A DNA stretch of 64,000 bases, from contig CAYVOC010000003.1 in assembly GCA_964453345.1 (NCBI GenBank), positions 4,997-68,996 of the forward strand. The letters are read 5' to 3'. The DNA comes from an uncultured Aquificales bacterium (lineage in GTDB: Bacteria > Thermosulfidibacterota > Thermosulfidibacteria > Thermosulfidibacterales > Thermosulfidibacteraceae). Of the stretch, positions 57,266 through 64,000 are shown piece after piece. Made by a program: the position numbers and the translations under genes. Under the pieces are notes generated by a model. That model saw nothing but the letters and a program-made list of their open reading frames with translations. It was not told where the DNA came from and did not search any database. Every line of letters starts with the position of its first letter. Position 1 is the stretch's first letter.

Positions 57266-57947
57266 AGCTTTCTCCGGGCTTGACAACCACGCACTCGGAT
57301 GAGGTCTCCTTTTTGACCATCTCACGGAACTTTTCGGGGTCCTGGGCGATCAGATCCCAGGTGTTGTAGTGCATGGGGATAACCACCTTGGGCTTGATGA
57401 GTTTTACCGCCTCCAAGGCGTCCTCGGGCCCCATGGTGAAGTTGTCGCCTATGGGGAGAAGGGCTACGTCTATCTCGTATCTTTTGCCTATCAGCTCCAT
57501 GTCGGCTATCAGGCCGGTGTCGCCTGCATGGTAGATGAGCTTGCCGTCGGTTTTGTAGAGGAATCCGCAGGGGTTGCCCGTGTAAACCACGCTGCCGTCA
57601 TCCCCCACGTAGGCTGATCCGTGGGATGCGGGAACCAGCTTCACCCAGCCGAAGGGGAACTCTCTGGAGCCGCCTATGTGCATGGGATGGATGTTTGCCC
57701 CCTTGGATGCGCAGAAGTTCGCCAGCTCGAAGGGAGCGACTATCAGGGCGTTGCAGCGCCTTGCTATGTCCACGGCATCGCCGAGGTGGTCTCCGTGTCC
57801 GTGGGTGACAAGTATTGCATCCACCGTTATCTGTTCGGGTTTGGCTGCGGCCTGGGGATTGCCCGTCAGGAAGGGATCGATGATCACCTTACCGGAAGAG
57901 CTTTCGATCAACCAGCATGCGTGTCCCAAGAAGGTCAGTTTAACCAT
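57255..57947 (-). CDS. UPF0173 metal-dependent hydrolase (MBL fold)
   Basis: FLGHA, IDPFLTGNP, THGHGDHLGD, YHAGDTG and PMHYNTW. Confidence 0.92.
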   Translation of the reverse strand: MVKLTFLGHACWLIESSSGKVIIDPFLTGNPQAAAKPEQITVDAILVTHGHGDHLGDAVDIARRCNALIVAPFELANFCASKGANIHPMHIGGSREFPFGWVKLVPASHGSAYVGDDGSVVYTGNPCGFLYKTDGKLIYHAGDTGLIADMELIGKRYEIDVALLPIGDNFTMGPEDALEAVKLIKPKVVIPMHYNTWDLIAQDPEKFREMVKKETSSECVVVKPGESYEL

Positions 57948-58045
57948 GGCCTACCTCCTCTCTGTTGTTTTCTTGGCCTTTCCTGTTTAAGATTTATATT
58001 GCAAGTTTGGTTTGTTCAAGGATAGACGGTTGTGGGAGGTGGGTT

Positions 58046-58453
58046 ATGGACTGCATCTTTTGTAAGATTGTGTCCGGTGAGATACCGGCTGTGAAGGTAT
58101 ATGAGGATGATGGTTTTCTGGCCTTCATGGACATAGGCCCTGTTAACAAGGGGCATGTGCTTGTCATCCCCAAAAGGCACGCCGCCACCTTTCTGGATCT
58201 TTCAGAGGAGGAGGCGGCTGAACTCTTTAGGAGGGTCAACAGAATCGCCAAGGCGGTGAAGGAGGCCCTGGGGGCTGACGGGCTGAACATTATTAACAAT
58301 GTGGGCGACGCCTCCGGGCAGGAGGTGTTTCATGTGCACGTCCACATCATCCCCAGGTTCTACGATGACGGCATGAAGTTCGGGTGGCGCAAGCTCCAGT
58401 ATGAAGGCGATGAGATAAGGGAGTATGCCGAAAGGATAAAGAGCCGTCTGTGA
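58046..58453 (+). CDS. HIT family hydrolase
   Basis: CIFCKI, GHVLVIPK and HVHVHIIPR. Confidence 0.94.
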   Translation: MDCIFCKIVSGEIPAVKVYEDDGFLAFMDIGPVNKGHVLVIPKRHAATFLDLSEEEAAELFRRVNRIAKAVKEALGADGLNIINNVGDASGQEVFHVHVHIIPRFYDDGMKFGWRKLQYEGDEIREYAERIKSRL

Positions 58454-59433
58454 TGAGAAGAATCACCCTTGGACACGGGGGAGGGGGGGAGCTAACCCGG
58501 GAGCTTATAGAGGGGGTTTTTGCCCGCCGCTTTGAAGGGCTTGAGCTGGAGGACGCTGCGATTTTAAATCTTTCCGGGAGGGTCGCCTTCACCACCGACA
58601 GCTTTGTGGTAAATCCTGTTTTCTTCCCCGGAGGGGATCTGGGGAAGCTTGCCGTGTGTGGAACCCTCAACGATCTTGCCGTTAGCGGCGCCCGTCCCCT
58701 CTTTCTCTCCTGCGGCTTCATCCTTGAGGAGGGGCTGGAGCTTGACATCCTTGAGCGGATAGTGGCCTCCATGGCCGAAGCCATCAGGGAGGCGAAGGTC
58801 AGGGTGGTTGCGGGGGACACCAAGGTGGTGGAGAAGGGGAGGGGGGACGGGGTTTTTGTGAACACCACCGGACTTGGCCTCGTGGAGAGGGATCTTTCCC
58901 ATGATAATGTGAGACCGGGGGATTGTCTGATTGTGAGCAACTTTATAGGGAGGCACGCCCTTGCCGTATTTATGGAGAGGGAGAAGCCGGACATTGATGT
59001 GGAGCTGGAAAGCGACTGCGCCAATCTGTATCCCCTTTTGAGCCGGCTTTATCCCCTTGAGGGACTCAGGTGGATGAGGGATGCCACCAGGGGAGGGGTT
59101 GCTGCGGTTGCATGTGAGCTCGCGCACCTTACCGGTTTGGGGGTGGAGATTTACGAGGATGCCCTCCCCGTGGATGAGCAGGTTGCCTTTCTGTGCGAGA
59201 TGTTCGGCTTTGATCCGCTTTCTTTAGCCAACGAGGGGGTGGCGGTGATCGTTGTATCTCCAGAGGATGCGGAAAGGGCATTGGAGATGCTCAAGACCCA
59301 TCCCTTGGGAGCGGGGGCGAGGGTGGTCGGAAAAATTAAAGATGATTTTTCCGGGGCAAAACTCGTAACCCCCTTCGGCGGGGAGAGGGTGATAGAGGTT
59401 ATCGGCGAGGATCTTTTGCCGAGAATATGCTGA
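58450..59433 (+). CDS. hypE: Hydrogenase maturation carbamoyl dehydratase HypE
   Basis: ITLGHGGGG, FTTDSFVV.P.FFPGGDLGKLAVCG, RDATRGG, ANEG and terminal PRIC. Confidence 0.95.
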   Translation: MMRRITLGHGGGGELTRELIEGVFARRFEGLELEDAAILNLSGRVAFTTDSFVVNPVFFPGGDLGKLAVCGTLNDLAVSGARPLFLSCGFILEEGLELDILERIVASMAEAIREAKVRVVAGDTKVVEKGRGDGVFVNTTGLGLVERDLSHDNVRPGDCLIVSNFIGRHALAVFMEREKPDIDVELESDCANLYPLLSRLYPLEGLRWMRDATRGGVAAVACELAHLTGLGVEIYEDALPVDEQVAFLCEMFGFDPLSLANEGVAVIVVSPEDAERALEMLKTHPLGAGARVVGKIKDDFSGAKLVTPFGGERVIEVIGEDLLPRIC

Positions 59434-59475
59434 GGGCTTGAGTTTTCTCCTTTAAAAGTTTATCAGTCTTTGCTG

Positions 59476-60261
59476 ATGAAGGAGTTTTCACCCATAGAGC
59501 TTGTGGCGGCGCTTGGAAGATACGGTGTGGGCTTTGTTCAGACCTTGGGTAATGCGGGAATCTTTCTTTTAAACACCCTTCTGTGGACCTTCACCCCGCC
59601 CATCAAGTGGAGAAGGGTCCTAAAACAGATAGAGTTTATAGGCTCAAGGTCCATAAGCATTGTTGCCCTCACCGGCGGTTTCACGGGCATGGTTCTCGCC
59701 CTTGAGACCTACTATGCCATGCGCAAATTCGGGGCGGAGGCCCTTCTCGGTCCCACCGTCGCCCTTTCCATGGTGAGGGAGCTGGGGCCTGTGATTTCCG
59801 CCCTCATGATAACCGCAAGGGCGGGGTCTGCGATAACAGCGGAGATCGGTATCATGAAGATAACCGAGCAGATAGACGCCCTTGAGATGATGGCCCTCAA
59901 TCCCTTCCGGTATATAATGGTGCCGAATTTTATAGCGGCTGTGGTCTCCTTCCCCCTGCTGTGCGCCATCTTCAACGTGGCGGGGATATTCGGAGGGTAT
60001 CTCGTGGGTGTTAAGCTTCTGGGGTTGAGCCACGGAACCTATTTCGGGGAGATGAAGAACTACCTTGATATGAGCGAGATACTTAACGGAACCTATAAAT
60101 CCCTGGCCTTTGGGGTTCTGGTATACTGGGTTTGCTGCTACTGTGGCTATTATACGGGATACGGGGCAGAGGGGGTGAGCAGGGCCACCACAAGGGCGGT
60201 TGTGCTCTCTTCGGTATTGATCCTTGTGTGTGATTATGTTCTCACCTCCATTCTCTTTTGA
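59476..60261 (+). CDS. mlaE: Lipid asymmetry ABC permease
   Basis: VRELGPVISALMITARAGSAITAEIGIMKITEQIDAL and AEGVSRATT. Confidence 0.93.
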   Translation: MKEFSPIELVAALGRYGVGFVQTLGNAGIFLLNTLLWTFTPPIKWRRVLKQIEFIGSRSISIVALTGGFTGMVLALETYYAMRKFGAEALLGPTVALSMVRELGPVISALMITARAGSAITAEIGIMKITEQIDALEMMALNPFRYIMVPNFIAAVVSFPLLCAIFNVAGIFGGYLVGVKLLGLSHGTYFGEMKNYLDMSEILNGTYKSLAFGVLVYWVCCYCGYYTGYGAEGVSRATTRAVVLSSVLILVCDYVLTSILF

Positions 60262-60272
60262 AGGGATGAGGG

Positions 60273-61046
60273 ATGATTGAGGTTGTGGATCTGCACGCCA
60301 CTTTGAAGGGACAGAGGGTGCTCAGGGGAGTGAATCTGAAGATAGATACGGGCGAGGTGGTGGCCCTTATAGGCAGAAGCGGCGAGGGCAAAAGCGTTCT
60401 TGTGAAGCACATCGTCAGGCTTATGAAGGGCGACAGGGGCAGGATAATAGTGGACGGGGAGGATATAACCCACGCTAAGGGTAAGAGGCTTGAGAAGGTG
60501 AGGGAGAAGATGGGCTATCTCTTCCAGGAGGGTGCCCTTTTCGATTCCTACACGGTCTTTGAGAATGTGGCCTTTCCTCTGGTTGAAAAGACCGATCTGC
60601 CCTTCGAAAAGATAAGGGAGATTGTGCTCTACGAGCTTGAGCAGGTGGGTCTGAAGGGCATGGAGCACAAGTATCCTGCGGAGCTTTCGGGAGGCATGAA
60701 AAAGAGGGCGGCCCTTGCAAGGTGCATGGTGCTTAAACCCAAATACATGTTTTTTGATGAGCCGACCACGGGGCTGGATCCCCTGACCGCCCGATCCATT
60801 CACAGGCTTATAAGGGAAACCTACGAGAGGACAAGGTTCACCGGCATCATTATATCCCACGACATACCGGAGATATTCTCCTTGGTGCACAAGGTGGCCA
60901 TGCTGCATGAGGGAAGGATAATTTTTTACGGAACCCCTTCGGAGCTTGAAAGAAGTGATAACCCGATTGTCAGGGAGTTTATAGAAGCCGCGCTTGAGGA
61001 GCATAACCCTTTGGGGAGGAGCCATGGAGAGGAACTACAGGCTTGA
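60273..61046 (+). CDS. mlaF: Lipid asymmetry ABC ATPase
   Basis: [30 protein letters not shown] and DEPTTGLDP. Confidence 0.93.
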   Translation: MIEVVDLHATLKGQRVLRGVNLKIDTGEVVALIGRSGEGKSVLVKHIVRLMKGDRGRIIVDGEDITHAKGKRLEKVREKMGYLFQEGALFDSYTVFENVAFPLVEKTDLPFEKIREIVLYELEQVGLKGMEHKYPAELSGGMKKRAALARCMVLKPKYMFFDEPTTGLDPLTARSIHRLIRETYERTRFTGIIISHDIPEIFSLVHKVAMLHEGRIIFYGTPSELERSDNPIVREFIEAALEEHNPLGRSHGEELQA

Positions 61047-61512
61047 GCTTACCGTTGGTTTCTTTATGCTTCTGGGGATAATCTGTTTGGGCTATCTTTC
61101 CATAAAGCTGGGCAAGATGGAGGTTATAGGGGGCAGGGGGACCCTGCTATACGCCAAGTTTGTGAATGTGGGAGGTTTGAAGGAGGGGGCTGAGGTTGAG
61201 ATAGCGGGGGTCCCCATAGGCAGGGTGAAGAGCATAGAGCTTGATCCCAACACCTATGAGGCCAAGGTTGCCCTTCTGATAAAGCCGGGCATAAGGATTC
61301 AGGAGGACGCCATAGCGGCCGTCAAAACCAAGGGGCTTGTGGGTGAGAAGTTTATAGAGATAACCCCCGGTGCCTCCGACAGGTATCTGAAGAGCGGGGA
61401 CTACATAAAGGAGACCCAGTCCGCCTTCAGCCTCGAGGACGCCATAGGAAGGCTCATCTTCGGTAGCACCTCCGGGGGTGAGAAGAAGGACGAGGACAGT
61501 CTGGAGGAGTAG
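61024..61512 (+). CDS. mlaD: MCE protein MlaD
   Basis: [27 protein letters not shown] and [10 protein letters not shown]. Confidence 0.93.
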   Translation: MERNYRLELTVGFFMLLGIICLGYLSIKLGKMEVIGGRGTLLYAKFVNVGGLKEGAEVEIAGVPIGRVKSIELDPNTYEAKVALLIKPGIRIQEDAIAAVKTKGLVGEKFIEITPGASDRYLKSGDYIKETQSAFSLEDAIGRLIFGSTSGGEKKDEDSLEE

Positions 61513-61513
61513 A

Positions 61514-62224
61514 ATGAGGTGGTTAGCCCTTCTTTTTGTCTTTTTTCTGCTCGCTGTTTGCCCCTTGAGGGCGGGCATTGTTCTTGAGAGTGTGCCCGCC
61601 GGCATGTCCTACGAGGAGGAGCTGGAGATTCCCGATCCCCTTGAGCCCGTGAACAGGGCCTCCTTCTCCTTCAACGACAGGTTCTACTACTGGTTTCTTA
61701 AGCCCGTTGGCAAGGCCTATTCCACCGTTGTTCCCGAAAGGGTGAGGCGCTCGGCGGATAACTTTCTGTATAACCTCATGACCCCCGTCAGGATGGTGAA
61801 CGATATTCTGCAGTTTGACTTCAAAAAGTTTGTTGTTGAGTTTGCCAGATTCTTGGCCAACACCACGGTGGGCGTGGGCGGGCTCTTCGATGTGGCCAAA
61901 ACCTGGGGGCTTCCGCGGCAGGATGAGGACTTCGGACAGACCCTTGGCAAATGGGGGGTTGGAGAGATAGCCTATGTTGACTGGCCGGTTATGGGGCCTT
62001 CGGATGTCAGGGATACCGCCGGGACGGTGGTGGATTCCTTCTTTGATCCCCTTTATTATGTTGTGAACTTCTGGAGCTATGTGGGGATAAAGGCCTTTTA
62101 TGAGTTCAACAGGTTCTCCTTTAACGTTGACATGTATGACGACATAAAGCAGGATTCCCTTGACCCCTACACGGCGGTCAGAAACATGTATTTCCAGCAT
62201 AGAAGGTATCTGGTTGAACACTAA
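61514..62224 (+). CDS. mlaA: MlaA/VacJ family protein
   Basis: [36 protein letters not shown] and [10 protein letters not shown]. Confidence 0.92.
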   Translation: MRWLALLFVFFLLAVCPLRAGIVLESVPAGMSYEEELEIPDPLEPVNRASFSFNDRFYYWFLKPVGKAYSTVVPERVRRSADNFLYNLMTPVRMVNDILQFDFKKFVVEFARFLANTTVGVGGLFDVAKTWGLPRQDEDFGQTLGKWGVGEIAYVDWPVMGPSDVRDTAGTVVDSFFDPLYYVVNFWSYVGIKAFYEFNRFSFNVDMYDDIKQDSLDPYTAVRNMYFQHRRYLVEH

Positions 62225-62235
62225 GGGGGTGGAGG

Positions 62236-62820
62236 ATGTTCAGGGTCTTTCTGAGCCTTGTTTTTCTCTTTGTGGCGGTTGCCGCCCATGCTCAGACCCC
62301 TTCTCAGGTGGTGAAGGGCTATGTCGATTCGATAATATCGGTCCTCAAGGATAAGAGGCTCTCTCCTGAAGAGAAGAAGAAGAAAATAGAGCGCATAATG
62401 GACGGGGCCATATACTGGGACAGGGTCGGCAGGATGGTGCTCGGAATACACGCCCGCAGGCTGCCCAAGAAGAAGGTGGAGGAGTTTACTCAGGTCTTTA
62501 GGAGGTTTGTCGCCAAGGTCTATGCCAAGAAGTTTGTCAAATACTCCACAGGAAACGATCTTGACAAAATAAAGGTGGCATACAAGAGGGAGATAAGGGG
62601 CGAGGATACCGCCACCGTTCTCATGGACCTTACCACCGCCGAGGGCAAGGTGGTTCCCATAAGCTGCAAGCTTGTTAGGGTGGGGGACAGGTGGTTGATA
62701 TACGATGTGTATGTTGAAGGGATAAGCATGGTCAACAACTACAGGGTTCAGGTGAACAGGGTGATAAACAAGAGGGGCTTTGAGCATCTGATGAAGGTTC
62801 TCAGGAGGAAGGTTGGTTAG
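62236..62820 (+). CDS. mlaC: MlaC/ttg2D periplasmic lipid carrier
   Basis: WLIYDVYVEGISMVNNYRVQ. Confidence 0.9.
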   Translation: MFRVFLSLVFLFVAVAAHAQTPSQVVKGYVDSIISVLKDKRLSPEEKKKKIERIMDGAIYWDRVGRMVLGIHARRLPKKKVEEFTQVFRRFVAKVYAKKFVKYSTGNDLDKIKVAYKREIRGEDTATVLMDLTTAEGKVVPISCKLVRVGDRWLIYDVYVEGISMVNNYRVQVNRVINKRGFEHLMKVLRRKVG

Positions 62821-64000
62821 AAGGGGACTTTGGGTTTTCCTTTTGCTTTTCCTCTTTGCGGAGTGCTGGGCCCATCAGCACATAGAGGTTGAGCTCGGTG
62901 CTCCCGAGGTAAGGTTCTTTGTGGAGAGGTATCTTTCCAGGGACAGGGCCTGGGTTGAGGCCTCCTTCCGGAGGCTTTCCTATTACAGGGATGCAGTCGT
63001 TGCCACACTTAGAAGGCACGGGCTCCCAGAGGAGCTTGTGGTGCTTCCCATACTTGAGAGCGGATACAGGGCAGATGCACGCTCTATCAGCGGGGCCTAC
63101 GGGTTCTGGCAGTTTATGCGGTTCACCGCAAGAAGGTTCGGGCTAAGGGTCAACTACTGGATTGACGAAAGGGCACATATAGAAAGGGCCACGGAGGCGG
63201 CCGCCTCCTATCTTGAGTATCTCTATTCAAGGTTCGGGGACTGGGCCCTCGCCCTTGCCGCCTATAACGCGGGAGAGGGGTATGTGAGGGATGTGATGGA
63301 GGCCACAGGTATCGACGATTACTGGCTTTTGTGCAGGCTCGGGCTTCTGGACAGGCAGGTGAGGGAGTTCGTCCCGAGGTTCATGGCCCTTCTGTGGATA
63401 TACGAAAATAGGTCTTCTCTGGGTCTGGAGATACCAGCCGGAGAGGGGCTTGCGAAGGTGTGGGTCCCCGGGGGGATCCACCTGGAGAGCCTGGCGAGAA
63501 GGGCGGGGATTGATCCTGCCCTTTTCAGGGAGCTGAACGCCTTTGTCAGAAGGGGGGTGACCCCTCCGTCAGGCGTCAGGCTTTTCGTTCCCAAGAGAAA
63601 GGTGGCGGCGGTTGTCAGGGCATACAGGTGGATGGTGGCTTCTATGAAGGCCAAGGAGAGGGGAATTGGCAGGCTTGCGGGATACTGGATGGGGTATGTG
63701 GTGAGAAGGGGGGATTCTCTCTGGACCATATCGAAAAGGTTCGGGGTTTCTGTTTCGCTTATCAGGCTTGTTAACGGTGTGAGGGGTAATCTGATAAGGG
63801 CTGGAGATGTTCTGCTCATTCCCACGAAGAGGTTGAAGGCGAAGATAGTGGCCCTGGATGAAAGGAGGGGAATTCTGCTCTACAGGGTGGACAGAGGAGA
63901 TACCCTGTGGAAGGTGGCGAAGATCTTCGGGGTGACCTATCGTGATCTTGTGAAGGAGAACGGTCCCGCTGTAAAAAGAAGGCTTGTTCCGGGGCAGTTT
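62813..64000 (+). CDS. mltD: MltD-like lytic transglycosylase with LysM repeats (3' end runs off the window)
   Basis: Manual translation from TTG 62813 (SD AGGAGG): LPILESGY, GFWQFM, DER, ALAAYNAGEG and two LysM (YVVRRGDSLWTIS, YRVDRGDTLWKVA). Not in the ORF track. Confidence 0.9.
   Translation, partial: MVRRGLWVFLLLFLFAECWAHQHIEVELGAPEVRFFVERYLSRDRAWVEASFRRLSYYRDAVVATLRRHGLPEELVVLPILESGYRADARSISGAYGFWQFMRFTARRFGLRVNYWIDERAHIERATEAAASYLEYLYSRFGDWALALAAYNAGEGYVRDVMEATGIDDYWLLCRLGLLDRQVREFVPRFMALLWIYENRSSLGLEIPAGEGLAKVWVPGGIHLESLARRAGIDPALFRELNAFVRRGVTPPSGVRLFVPKRKVAAVVRAYRWMVASMKAKERGIGRLAGYWMGYVVRRGDSLWTISKRFGVSVSLIRLVNGVRGNLIRAGDVLLIPTKRLKAKIVALDERRGILLYRVDRGDTLWKVAKIFGVTYRDLVKENGPAVKRRLVPGQF

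Noticed and set aside
59438-59466. TTGAGT-N17-TATCAG before mlaE
   Set aside because: The -10 match is too poor to call.

Overview
This is a gene-dense, almost fully coding 64 kb chromosomal segment of a diderm bacterium. Inferred from AGG/AGA/ATA-rich codon use and gene content, it is probably a thermophilic anaerobe of Aquificota or Thermodesulfobacteriota type. Most of it is housekeeping: ftsY, trmB, mutT, rsmH, murE, rplU-rpmA-obgE-proB-proA-nadD-rsfS, pilC, rodZ, bioB, glnE, selA-selB-LysR, mreBCD, tRNA-Arg(CCG), rlmI-ribE-cobT-cbiB, mgtE, era, hypE, mlaEFDAC and mltD. The main candidate for an undescribed system is a lower-GC, tightly coupled 12.5 kb block at 19546-32052. It encodes a membrane diguanylate cyclase followed by seven exported proteins: an AsmA-like protein, a TPR-SpoIID protein, a GNA1162/FN3/beta-helix/TPR lipoprotein, two proteins with FlgT/CsgG-type modules, a TPR-SLH lipoprotein and an LPP20-like protein. 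The block ends in the strongest intergenic hairpin I found. Other points of note are an FtsY fused to about 390 aa of TPR-like repeats (absent from the ORF track), a BioB lacking two canonical [2Fe-2S] cysteines, several apparently leaderless genes, and a near-consensus promoter inside selB upstream of the LysR gene. I saw no CRISPR array, integrase, transposase or rRNA. All domain calls come from motif recognition by eye, not database searches.
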